A DNA stretch of 17,159 nt from Elusimicrobiota bacterium (lineage in GTDB: Bacteria; Elusimicrobiota; Elusimicrobia; UBA1565; UBA9628): assembly GCA_035606075.1 (NCBI GenBank), contig DATNGC010000158.1:1-17159 (forward strand), given 5' to 3'. The notes beneath the pieces are model-generated. The model worked only from the letters and a program-made list of their open reading frames with translations. It did not search any database and had not been told where the DNA came from. The translations under genes were made by a program, and so were the position numbers. Shown piece after piece: positions 8,350 to 15,868 of this stretch (position 1 is its first letter; each line of letters starts with the position of its first letter).

Positions 8350-9800
8350 CACGCGATCCTGAAGTAGCCCACGAGCGAGCAGTGCAGCGGCCGCGCGAAG
8401 TGGCTGGTCTTGGTCAGCCCGTCGCCGGTCGGCGTGCCGATCGACATCGTGGCGTAGCCCTCTCCCAGGCCGAGGCCGTAGAGAGTGGGCGCGTTCTTGA
8501 CGTAGATGGAGCACTGCATGCGCCGCGCCATCTTGGTCAGGTTGCCGACGTTCGTGGAGTGCATGGCCGCCGTGTGGCGATGCCCGCCCTCGGCCTCGAC
8601 GGCGAGAGCGATCGCCGCGTCCACGTCGGGCGCGACCGTGACCGGCAGGACCGGCATCAGCTGCTCGGTCCAGACGAGCGTGTGGTCGTTGGGCACCTCT
8701 CCCCACAGCAGGCGCACGCCGTCCGGGACGGTCAGGCCGATCCCCTTGGCGATGAACGCCGCGTCCTTGCCCACGTAGTCGCGGTTGAGGACGGGATCCT
8801 TGCAGCCCTTGCCGCCGACCTTGATGACCACCTTCATGAGCTGATCCATCTGCTCGCGCGAGAGCTCGAAGGCGCGCGAGTCGGCGCGCATCGCGGCGAG
8901 GAAGCGGTCGCGCGCGGCGGCCGTCACGATGACTTCTTTCTCGGCGGTACAGAGAACGTTGTTGTCGAACGACGCGCCGAAAATGACGTCTTGAGCGCAC
9001 TTCGGAAAAATCGCCGTTTCGTCCACGACGACAGGGGGATTTCCAGGCCCGGCAGCAATCGTTTTACAAGTCTTGCCCACCGTCATCGCAACCTTGACGA
9101 TGGCGGGGCCGCCCGTGACCATGTTCACGCGCGCGTCGGGGTGAGCGAGCAGGTTCTTGGTGTTGTCCTGCGAGGGCTTCTCGAACGTCGTGATCAGGCC
9201 GCGCGGCGCGCCCGCGGCGACCGCGGCCGCCGCGAGCAGGCGCATCGTCTCCAGACAGACCTTGAACGACGCCGGGTGCGGCGCGAAAACGACGGAGTTT
9301 CCGGCCGAGAGGATGGAGAGGCCGTTGTTGATGATCGTCGCGGCCGGGTTCGTCGACGGCGTGATCGCCGCCACGACGCCGTACGGCGCGTACTCGACCA
9401 AGGTGAGGCCCTTGTCGCCGGTGAAGCACTTGGAGGTCAGGTCCTCGACGCCCGGCGTGCGCGTCGCGCAGACCAGGTTCTTCTGGACCTTGTCCTCCCA
9501 GCGGCCCATGCCGGTCTCCTCGCGCGCCATCTTGGCGAGGCGCTCGGCGTTGGCGATGGCCGCCTTGCGCATCGCGCGGATCACCTCGCGCCGCAGCTCG
9601 AGGCCCTGGTCCTGGAAGACCGCCTGCGCGCGCTTGGCCGCCTGCACTGCTTCGTCGACGGTCGGAAAGAGCACGCCGTCGCCGGCCCCCGCGGACGAAA
9701 CAGGAGCGGAGGGGCTCGCGGTCACGACCGAGCCGAGTTCCTCCTTCTCGAGGCGCTTGAGAACCTCGGCGATGACGCGGGCGATCTCCTCGCTCTGCAT
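8349..9800 (-). CDS. CoA-acylating aldehyde dehydrogenase (PduP/EutE family) with N-terminal encapsulation-peptide-like helix
   Basis: This 483-aa protein starts with the amphipathic helix MQSEEIARVIAEVLKRLEKEE, followed by a Ser/Ala/Gly linker. The core has ITPSTNPAATIINN and the VLCTAEKE catalytic-Cys region typical of BMC aldehyde dehydrogenases. Confidence 0.9.
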   Translation of the reverse strand: MQSEEIARVIAEVLKRLEKEELGSVVTASPSAPVSSAGAGDGVLFPTVDEAVQAAKRAQAVFQDQGLELRREVIRAMRKAAIANAERLAKMAREETGMGRWEDKVQKNLVCATRTPGVEDLTSKCFTGDKGLTLVEYAPYGVVAAITPSTNPAATIINNGLSILSAGNSVVFAPHPASFKVCLETMRLLAAAAVAAGAPRGLITTFEKPSQDNTKNLLAHPDARVNMVTGGPAIVKVAMTVGKTCKTIAAGPGNPPVVVDETAIFPKCAQDVIFGASFDNNVLCTAEKEVIVTAAARDRFLAAMRADSRAFELSREQMDQLMKVVIKVGGKGCKDPVLNRDYVGKDAAFIAKGIGLTVPDGVRLLWGEVPNDHTLVWTEQLMPVLPVTVAPDVDAAIALAVEAEGGHRHTAAMHSTNVGNLTKMARRMQCSIYVKNAPTLYGLGLGEGYATMSIGTPTGDGLTKTSHFARPLHCSLVGYFRIA

Positions 9801-9806
9801 GGGCTT

Positions 9807-10118
9807 TTACCTGTTCGCGGCTGCGTCGCTGGACTTCTTGAAGGCGGTCTTGCCGGACTGCTCGACGGTGTCCACGATCGCGAAGATCACGGCGTCCACC
9901 GGTCGGCCTTCGGTGCGGGTGGTCTGACGGGCGCTCGACCCCTGCACGATCAAGACGAGCTCCCCCTCGCCGGCGCCGACGGAGTCGACGGCGACGAGAG
10001 GGTTGCCCTTCGAGGCGCCGGCCAAGTCCACGGGCTGAACCAGCAGCAGCTTGGACCCGACCAGCTTCTCGTCCTTGAGGGTGCAGACGACGGTGCCCGT
10101 GACGCGGGCGAAGATCAT
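9807..10118 (-). CDS. BMC-P vertex pentamer protein (EutN/PduN family), copy 3
   Basis: This 103-aa protein is MIFARVTGTVVCTLKDEKLVGSKLLLVQPV...VAVDSVGAGEGELVLIVQGSSARQ...AVIFAIVD. Confidence 0.85.
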   Translation of the reverse strand: MIFARVTGTVVCTLKDEKLVGSKLLLVQPVDLAGASKGNPLVAVDSVGAGEGELVLIVQGSSARQTTRTEGRPVDAVIFAIVDTVEQSGKTAFKKSSDAAANR

Positions 10119-10137
10119 ATGGATCTCGCTCGGGGCC

Positions 10138-10434
10138 TTACTTCTTGCGCGCCAGGTTCTCGGGGAGCGAGATCGGCATCTTCCCCTCGAGGTCCGGGTG
10201 CGGCTGCGGGATCACATGCACGGCGATCAGCTCGCCGACCTTCTGCGCGGCGGCGGCGCCGGAGTCGCAGGCGGCCTTGCACGCGGCGACCTCGCCGCGG
10301 AACAGCACGGTCACGAGTCCCGTCCCCACCTTTTCATAACCGACGATGCGGACGTCGGCGGCCTTCACGGCGGCGTCGGCGGCTTCCACGCAGGCGACGA
10401 GGCCGCGCGTCTCGATCATTCCGAGTGCGTTCAT
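10138..10434 (-). CDS. BMC-H shell protein (PduA/EutM-like), copy 2
   Basis: This 98-aa protein is [55 protein letters not shown]...VHVIPQPH. An SD sequence (aaggagag) lies 5 nt before the ATG. Confidence 0.9.
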   Translation of the reverse strand: MNALGMIETRGLVACVEAADAAVKAADVRIVGYEKVGTGLVTVLFRGEVAACKAACDSGAAAAQKVGELIAVHVIPQPHPDLEGKMPISLPENLARKK

Positions 10435-10446
10435 GTTCTCTCCTTG

Positions 10447-10507
10447 GGGTCAGGCTTTGACTTTTTGACTTATTCGGTGAATAAGTCAAAAAGTCAAAGC
10501 CTGACCC
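10447..10507. repeat. 61-bp perfect palindrome (29-bp arms, 3-nt centre), AT-rich, between pduL and BMC-H
   Basis: The sequence is gggtcaggctttgactttttgacttattc-ggt-gaataagtcaaaaagtcaaagcctgaccc. The arms pair perfectly, and each contains two TTGAC(T) units. It ends 8 nt before the SD of the BMC-H gene, and no U-tract follows on the transcribed strand. Confidence 0.8.
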
Positions 10508-10511
10508 TTCT

Positions 10512-11147
10512 TTAAGCTATGTGCACGAAATCGCCGGTTTTGATGCCGGCGGAGTTGGCCTCGTCGGTGTCGACGTGGAACTCCAGGCTGTACTTGTCCG
10601 AAACGCGGACGATGCAGTCTTCGAAAACGGTGGAGCGTCCGCCGCCGGTGCCGCAGCGCACGCGCACGAGCTCGCCGCTGGTCATCCCCCACTTCTTCGC
10701 CTCGTCGGGCGAGAAATGGACGTGGCGCTGGGCGATGATGACGCCCTCTTTGATCTCGACTTTGCCGGCCGGGCCGATCAGGATCGCGCCGGCGGACCCC
10801 TTCACGTCGCCGGATTCCCGCACGGGGGGCTTCAATCCGATGGATATAGCGTCGGTCACCGCGAGCTCGATCTGGGTATTGGCGCGATACGGAGCCACCA
10901 GGCGGACCTTCTTCACCACTCCCTTGGGCCCCTGCACGTCGATGAGTTCCTCGGCGGCGTAGAAGCCGGGCTGTTTGATGTCTTTGACTTTCTTGGGGGA
11001 AGCCGCGGCGCCGAACAAAATCTTGAAGTGAGCCTCGGTCAAGTGACAATGTTTATTGGACACGCCGACGGGGATGTCGAGCTTGGAGCGCTGGAGGCGC
11101 TTCTCGATCTCGGAGGCCAGCCCGGCGATCTGCGTCGGGGAGATCAC
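10512..11147 (-). CDS. pduL: phosphate acyltransferase PduL (two PF06130-type repeats) with N-terminal encapsulation-peptide-like helix
   Basis: The protein has ...VGVSNKHCHL...QPGFYA...TDA..IG..P.R.SGD..GS.G..L.GP.G...AQRHVHFSPDEA...DTDEANSAGI. The likely start is GTG 11147, giving MISPTQIAGLASEIEKRLQRS, and it overlaps the tpiA stop (GTGA). The 596-aa track ORF is mostly wrong-frame junk upstream of this. Confidence 0.85.
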   Translation of the reverse strand: MISPTQIAGLASEIEKRLQRSKLDIPVGVSNKHCHLTEAHFKILFGAAASPKKVKDIKQPGFYAAEELIDVQGPKGVVKKVRLVAPYRANTQIELAVTDAISIGLKPPVRESGDVKGSAGAILIGPAGKVEIKEGVIIAQRHVHFSPDEAKKWGMTSGELVRVRCGTGGGRSTVFEDCIVRVSDKYSLEFHVDTDEANSAGIKTGDFVHIA

Positions 11148-11911
11148 GCGGGCTTGAACCCCATGATGCGCAGGAATGCGTCCTTCTTGAGGCTCGCGCC
11201 GCCGACCAGCGCGCCGTCCACGTCGGGCTGCGCCATCAGCGAGTCCACGTTTTCGGCCGTGACCGAGCCGCCGTAGAGGATCCGGATGCCGGACGCGAAA
11301 TTCTTGCCGTGCAGCCGCTCGAGCTGCTGGCGCGTGAACAGGTGCGCCTCCTGCGCCTGGGCCGGCGTGGCCGTCTTGCCCGTGCCGATCGCCCAGACCG
11401 GCTCGTAGGCGATGACGACCTTGGAGAGGTCGGCGGGCGCGAAGCCCTTGAGCCCGTTTGCGATCTGCGTCTCCAGCACGCGCCACGTCTTCTGCGTCTC
11501 GCGCTCGTCGAGCGTCTCGCCGATGCAGACGACGGGCGTCAGGCCCGCCTTGAGCGCCGCGCCCAGCTTCTTGTTGACGTTCTCGTCGGTGTCCCCGAAG
11601 AGCTTGCGCCGCTCCGAGTGGCCGATCAAAGTCATCGCGCAGCCGGCGTCGAGCAGCATGTTGGCCGAGATCTCGCCCGTGAACGCGCCCGACGCCTCCC
11701 AGTAGACGTCCTGGGCGCCCAGCCGCACCGGGCTGCCGCGCAGGACCTCGGCGACCACGGTGATGGCGGTGAAGGGCACGAAAACGGCGACCTCGCCGGA
11801 GGCGCCGGCGGCGCCGTCCTTGACCGCCCGGGCCAGCTCGACGGACTGGGCGAGCGTCAGGTTCATCTTCCAATTTCCGGCCAACAGGGGGCGGCGCAGA
11901 GGGGAGCTCAT
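11144..11911 (-). CDS. tpiA: triosephosphate isomerase
   Basis: The protein has ...RRPLLAGNWKMN...IGHSERR...VVCIGE...YEPVWAIGTGKTA...ILYGGSV. The ATG at 11911 gives MSSPLRRPLLAGNWKMN. The track ORF extends to GTG 11947, so the start is ambiguous within 11911-11947. Confidence 0.9.
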   Translation of the reverse strand: MSSPLRRPLLAGNWKMNLTLAQSVELARAVKDGAAGASGEVAVFVPFTAITVVAEVLRGSPVRLGAQDVYWEASGAFTGEISANMLLDAGCAMTLIGHSERRKLFGDTDENVNKKLGAALKAGLTPVVCIGETLDERETQKTWRVLETQIANGLKGFAPADLSKVVIAYEPVWAIGTGKTATPAQAQEAHLFTRQQLERLHGKNFASGIRILYGGSVTAENVDSLMAQPDVDGALVGGASLKKDAFLRIMGFKPA

Positions 11912-11929
11912 GGGTTCTTTCGGGTCCTT

Positions 11930-11948
11930 TGTGGACATATTGTCCACA
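11930..11948. promoter_or_regulatory. perfect 8-3-8 inverted repeat TGTGGACA-TAT-TGTCCACA (candidate operator) between the promoter and the tpiA RBS
   Basis: This exact palindrome lies ~20-40 nt downstream of the predicted transcription start and ~20 nt upstream of the tpiA ATG at 11911. A near-identical copy occurs at 14901..14919. Confidence 0.55.
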
Positions 11949-11976
11949 CCGTCTTTCCAGGGACGTTCCAGGCCGT

Positions 11977-12005
11977 ATTCTACTCCGAAGACGCGCCCAA
12001 GTCAA
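11977..12005 (-). promoter_or_regulatory. sigma70-like promoter for the tpiA-BMC operon (TTGACT-17nt-TAGAAT)
   Basis: The minus strand reads ttgact tgggcgcgtcttcggag tagaat, with an exact 17-nt spacer. It sits in the only sizeable intergenic gap (11912-12064) upstream of tpiA. Confidence 0.5.
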
Positions 12006-12064
12006 TGATGGAATGTCGCTCGGAATGGATATTTCCGAAGTCTTCCCGCAACGTCCCGGCGGGC

Positions 12065-12661
12065 CTAAAAGTCCGAGAAGGGGACGACGACCTCGCCCAG
12101 CTGGCCGGGGTTGTATTCCCCTCCCAGCACGGACTTGCGGGGGCGCTTGACGCGCACCGCGTAGACGCCGGCCTTGCGCGCCTGCAGCAGCTCCCGGTCG
12201 GTCGAGCCGACGAACAGGACGTAGCGGCCGTCCTGCAGGTGGAGGTGGAGCTCCTCGGGGTCGGAGACGAACGTGAACCCGCGCGGCGCCAGGTGGCGCC
12301 ACTCCTTCTTCAGCGCCTCGCCGCCGGTCGCCTGCCGCTCCGCGAGGATCAGGATGTGGAAGCCGAACAGTCGGGCGACGCCCGCCGCGGCGTAGGGCAG
12401 GAGCTTGGGGCTCTCGAGATCGTAGGAGGTGTTGATCGTCTTCCAGTAATCGGGGCCGTGCGCCTGCGCGGAGGCCGCTCCCTGCGCCTTCTCGTAGGCG
12501 GCCGAGGAGTTCACGAGCGCGTCGTCGTAGGCGAAGGCGACGCCCAGGCGCGCGATCGTCACGAGGCTGAAGATCAGCCCCCAGACGCTCATCAGCGCGA
12601 GGATCTTCTTCGTCGTGGTCCAGGCCTTCTCGACTTTCTCGCGCGCATCCTTCAGAACCAT
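12065..12661 (-). CDS. membrane-anchored class B acid phosphatase-like protein (AphA / HAD subfamily IIIB-like), possibly catalytically degenerate
   Basis: This 198-aa protein has an N-terminal TM helix (ILALMSVWGLIFSLVTIARLGVAF). The C-terminal half aligns by eye with AphA: YVLFVGSTDRELLQARKAGVYAVRVKRPRKS...GEVVVPFSDF matches [30 protein letters not shown]...GEEVIVNSEY. The motif I position reads AYDDA instead of DIDDT. Its ATG lies 1 nt after the 5'-nucleotidase stop. Confidence 0.5.
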   Translation of the reverse strand: MVLKDAREKVEKAWTTTKKILALMSVWGLIFSLVTIARLGVAFAYDDALVNSSAAYEKAQGAASAQAHGPDYWKTINTSYDLESPKLLPYAAAGVARLFGFHILILAERQATGGEALKKEWRHLAPRGFTFVSDPEELHLHLQDGRYVLFVGSTDRELLQARKAGVYAVRVKRPRKSVLGGEYNPGQLGEVVVPFSDF

Positions 12662-12662
12662 G

Positions 12663-14183
12663 TCATTCCCCCAAGGAGATCAAGCGCCCGGCCGGAGGCG
12701 GGGCGATCGTCTTCTGCTTCTCGGCGCACGCGCGCAGGGCGTCGCGCGCGAGCAGTCCGGTGTCCCGCGGCGAGGCCGACGAAAACTCCTCGTAGCTGCC
12801 CGCCAGGAAATCGAGCGTCGCGACCGAGTACGTCTTAGCGTCGTCGAGCGGCGCCCCGCCGACCGTGACCCTGCCGAGGCGCGAGCCGCGCGGCTTGAGC
12901 GGGGATATCTCGGCCGTCATGCCGCCGATCTGCGCGATCTTCGGCGAGCCGACGACGTGGTCGAGGGCGGCGCGCAGCTTGGCCCCGCTCATGCGCAGGG
13001 TGACCACGGTGTCGTCGAAAGGCATGGCCTCGAACAAGCGGCGCAGGGTGACGGGCCCCGCCGGGATGTCCGCGCGGATGCCGCCGCCGTTCATGATGAA
13101 CGCGTCCGCGTCCTCCGTCGCCTTGAAGCAATCCGCCATCCAAGAGCCCAGGCCGGACTCGCCGGCGCCGGCGCGGTCGAGGTCCCGCGTCGCGGTCGCG
13201 ACGACGAGCCTGAACGCCTCGCCGAGGTCCTTCTCGCGCCGGTCGACGATCGCCTTCATCGCGGGGTCCTGTCCGAGGCGGTCGACCCACAGGTCGAGAA
13301 GCTCGTCGGAGGACGCCGTCACGCGCCTCGTCGCGGGATCGATCTTGAGGGTCGCCCGGCCGACCTTGAAGAAGTAGGACCCGGCCTGGACGATCAAGGT
13401 CCCGTGGGCCGGATCGCGCCACGCGCGGGACAAGGTCGTGTGGGTGTGGCCGCCGACGATCAGGTCGATGCCTTCCACCTCGCGCGCGAGCGTCTGGTCG
13501 CCCTCGAAGGGCGGCTTGTCCGGCGCCTCGAAGCCGACGTGCGTGACCGCGATGATCACGTCGGCGCCCTCCTTCCTCAGCGCCGCGACCTGGTCGCGGG
13601 CCTCGTCGGTCTCGCGGCGGAAGGTCAGGCCCGCGATCTTGCCGGGGACCTCGAGCCGGTCCATGTGCGACGTGATCAGGCCGAAGATCCCGAACTTGAC
13701 CCCGGAGACCTCCTTGACGATCCTCTGTCTCGTCCAGGAGACGTGCTTGCCGGACGAATCGTAGATATTGGCGGCGAGGACCGGCATCGCCATCTTCGCG
13801 TTGAGCGCGGCCGCCGAGGACCAGCCCGCGTCGAACTCGTGGTTGCCCATCTCGACGGCGTCGTAGCCCATCGCGTTGAACGCCTCGGCGACGGCCTCGC
13901 CGTGCGTCGTCGAGCCCTCGGGCGTGCCCTGCCACCAGTCGCCCGCGTCGAGGACGAGGCGGGGATTGGAGTCCCTGTTCAGCAGCGACTTCATCGCCGC
14001 CGCGCCGCCGATCGGACGGCCGTTGCGCTTGTCGGTCTGCGGCATGATCCAGCCGTGCACGTCGTTGGTGTGGTAGACCCGCACGACGATCGGCGCGGGC
14101 ACGGCGGCGGCGCCTTGGTCCTGCGCCCGGACGAACGGACAGGCGAGGGCCAGCGCGAGGGCCGGCAGGCCGAGCCGTCTCAC
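12663..14183 (-). CDS. secreted bifunctional metallophosphatase / 5'-nucleotidase (UshA family)
   Basis: This 506-aa protein has a signal peptide MRRLGLPALALALACPFVRAQDQ, metallophosphoesterase motifs (YHTNDVHG, GNHEFD, GGHTH) and a 5'-nucleotidase C-terminal domain. It has a GTG start that overlaps the upstream stop (GTGA). Confidence 0.8.
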   Translation of the reverse strand: MRRLGLPALALALACPFVRAQDQGAAAVPAPIVVRVYHTNDVHGWIMPQTDKRNGRPIGGAAAMKSLLNRDSNPRLVLDAGDWWQGTPEGSTTHGEAVAEAFNAMGYDAVEMGNHEFDAGWSSAAALNAKMAMPVLAANIYDSSGKHVSWTRQRIVKEVSGVKFGIFGLITSHMDRLEVPGKIAGLTFRRETDEARDQVAALRKEGADVIIAVTHVGFEAPDKPPFEGDQTLAREVEGIDLIVGGHTHTTLSRAWRDPAHGTLIVQAGSYFFKVGRATLKIDPATRRVTASSDELLDLWVDRLGQDPAMKAIVDRREKDLGEAFRLVVATATRDLDRAGAGESGLGSWMADCFKATEDADAFIMNGGGIRADIPAGPVTLRRLFEAMPFDDTVVTLRMSGAKLRAALDHVVGSPKIAQIGGMTAEISPLKPRGSRLGRVTVGGAPLDDAKTYSVATLDFLAGSYEEFSSASPRDTGLLARDALRACAEKQKTIAPPPAGRLISLGE

Positions 14184-14749
14184 TCGGCGAGGCTCCCCGC
14201 CAGCGCGTCGCAGGCCTGCTGCAGGCCCTCGGCGGCCGAGGACAGCCGCGAGGCGACCTCGCTGCGCTTGACCGCCACGACGAAGAACGGCGACTCGCGG
14301 GCCGCGTCCAGCGCTGCGCGGCGGCGGCGCTCGACGTCAGCGGCCCAGCGCTTGGCGTCGTCGAGGGCGTTCGCGCGCGCCGAGCCGGCGACGGCGAGGG
14401 CGCGGGCCAGGGACTTCGCGCCGGAGCGCAGGCCGTCGGCCATCGCGGCGAACTCGGGATCGGCGCCGAGCCCCCACTGCGTGGCGTCGGACACCGCTCC
14501 GACGGCGTGCTCGACGGCCTCGCGCAGGGCGAACGAGTAGTCCGCCGCGCCGGCCGCGGCGGCTCCGGCGCGTCCGCGCAGGCCCGCGACCGCGCGCTCG
14601 CGCGCGCCGCGCGAGCGCAGGCGCGCCGTCCGCGCGGCCGACAGCGCGGCGGGCTCGGGCCGGCGGAACCAGCGCGCCGCGGCGTCGGCGGCGTCGGCCA
14701 GCAATTGCGCCTGTCCGCGCGAGGGCGCCTCCGACGATTTTCGGGCCAT
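14180..14749 (-). CDS. hypothetical Ala/Arg-rich protein (predicted all-helical)
   Basis: This 189-aa ORF has consistently G/C-ending codons and an ATG start at 14749. No recognisable motifs were found. Confidence 0.4.
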   Translation of the reverse strand: MARKSSEAPSRGQAQLLADAADAAARWFRRPEPAALSAARTARLRSRGARERAVAGLRGRAGAAAAGAADYSFALREAVEHAVGAVSDATQWGLGADPEFAAMADGLRSGAKSLARALAVAGSARANALDDAKRWAADVERRRRAALDAARESPFFVVAVKRSEVASRLSSAAEGLQQACDALAGSLAE

Positions 14750-14780
14750 GATTCAGTTTACGAAAAAACGAGGCGGCGCG

Positions 14781-15506
14781 TCAGCGGCGGAACGGGCCTC
14801 GGGCCGCCGGCGCCGCTCCGAGCAGCCGCTCGGCGTCGCGGAAGGCGTCGCGGTGCGAGAGCACGAGGTAGGCAGGCTTGCCGCGCGCGGCGTCCTTGAT
14901 CGTAGACAAATTGTCCACAGACAGCGCCCCCACCCGCGGCCCCTGCGGGCGCAGGTAGCGGAACGCGCCGCGCTCGGGCACGGCCTCCTTCAGCGGGTCG
15001 ACGGCGCGGATCAGGCCCAGCTCCCCGCACACGCGGTCGACGAGCGCCGATCCCCAGGCGACTCCGCGAGGGTGCCACACGCAGGCGAAGCGGCCCCGGG
15101 GCATCGCCTTGAAGAACCGGTACATGTCGCGCAGGCGGTCGGGGCCCGGCTGGAAGGAAGCCGGGGTCTCGAAGACCACCACCTTGGCGCCCAAGGCCTC
15201 GGCAGCGGCCTTCGTGGACATCCAGGCCTCATGGACCTCCAGGCTCTCGCGGAAGCCGCCGCACTGGCGCTGGGCCGCCGGAGAGAGCTTCTTCGCCGCC
15301 GGCGGGAAGCCGCGGTCCTCGCGGCCGTGGGTGATGGCCCGCGAGGCCTGCACGGAGAACTCGGCCTCGATCGGGGCGGTCGCCCGCCATTGGGCGAGGG
15401 TGGCGGGCCGCGGCATGACCTCCCCCGTGCGCGCCTCGACGAAGGAGAACGACCGCCAATAGCGGTCTTGGCCGATGGGGAAGCCGGCGCAGCCGATCTT
15501 CAGCAT
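14781..15506 (-). CDS. DUF72 (YecE/UPF0759) family protein
   Basis: The protein is MLKIGCAGFPIGQDRYWRSFSFVEARTGE...FSVQASRAITH..., the characteristic DUF72 N-terminus. The real start is the ATG at 15506; the 280-aa track ORF has 39 junk residues upstream. Confidence 0.7.
   Translation of the reverse strand: MLKIGCAGFPIGQDRYWRSFSFVEARTGEVMPRPATLAQWRATAPIEAEFSVQASRAITHGREDRGFPPAAKKLSPAAQRQCGGFRESLEVHEAWMSTKAAAEALGAKVVVFETPASFQPGPDRLRDMYRFFKAMPRGRFACVWHPRGVAWGSALVDRVCGELGLIRAVDPLKEAVPERGAFRYLRPQGPRVGALSVDNLSTIKDAARGKPAYLVLSHRDAFRDAERLLGAAPAARGPFRR
14901..14919. promoter_or_regulatory. second copy of the TGTGGACA-N3-TGTCCACA-type inverted repeat (cgtagaca-aat-tgtccaca), inside the 3' part of the DUF72 gene
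   Basis: The right arm tgtccaca is identical to that of the tpiA operator, and the left arm matches at 6 of 8 positions. On the minus strand the two copies read TGTGGACAATATGTCCAC and TGTGGACAATTTGTCTAC. It lies ~150 nt upstream of the next gene start at 14749. Confidence 0.4.
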
Positions 15507-15513
15507 CCAGCCG

Positions 15514-15849
15514 CTAATCGAAGAGGGTGAACTCGGGCTCGCGCCGGGGCCGCGAGACGGTCTCCGGCAGGCGGCGCGCCCAGCGCAGGCAGTACCAGGC
15601 CAAGCCGAGGCAGGCCAGGCCATAGGCCAGCTCGAAGCCGGCGTAGCGCAGCCACTGGGCCTCGGTCACGAACGCCCATTTTTGGGGGGCATACAGGTTG
15701 GCCTCGGGCTCGCCTCCGCAGAGGTCCCAAACGCCCTTGAAAGCAACCAGCCCGCCCCACCCGGCGAAGATCGCCGCGGTGAGACGGGCCAGTCCGCGAA
15801 TCTTGATCGTCTCCGTCGCCGACTTCGTCGCCGACGGAGATTCCTTCAT
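15514..15849 (-). CDS. small membrane protein (two predicted TM helices)
   Basis: This 111-aa protein starts at the ATG at 15849. Its hydrophobic stretches are LARLTAAIFAGWGGLVAF and FELAYGLACLGLAWYCL. The codons are G/C3-rich, and it lies 20 nt downstream of rpsI. Confidence 0.45.
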   Translation of the reverse strand: MKESPSATKSATETIKIRGLARLTAAIFAGWGGLVAFKGVWDLCGGEPEANLYAPQKWAFVTEAQWLRYAGFELAYGLACLGLAWYCLRWARRLPETVSRPRREPEFTLFD

Positions 15850-15868
15850 AAACAACAGCCTCGGAAGC

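Noticed and set aside
10447-10507. The palindrome as a rho-independent terminator, or the internal TTGACT direct repeats as a CRISPR-like array
   Set aside because: No U-tract follows the stem on the transcribed strand, since an SD sequence and ATG follow immediately. There are only two short repeat units per arm and no spacers, so it is not CRISPR.
11912-11947. GTG 11947 as the tpiA start (track ORF start)
   Set aside because: It would place the start codon inside the operator palindrome and add a 12-aa N-terminal tail not seen in TIM. The ATG at 11911 gives the canonical N-terminus, but the choice remains uncertain, so both are mentioned.
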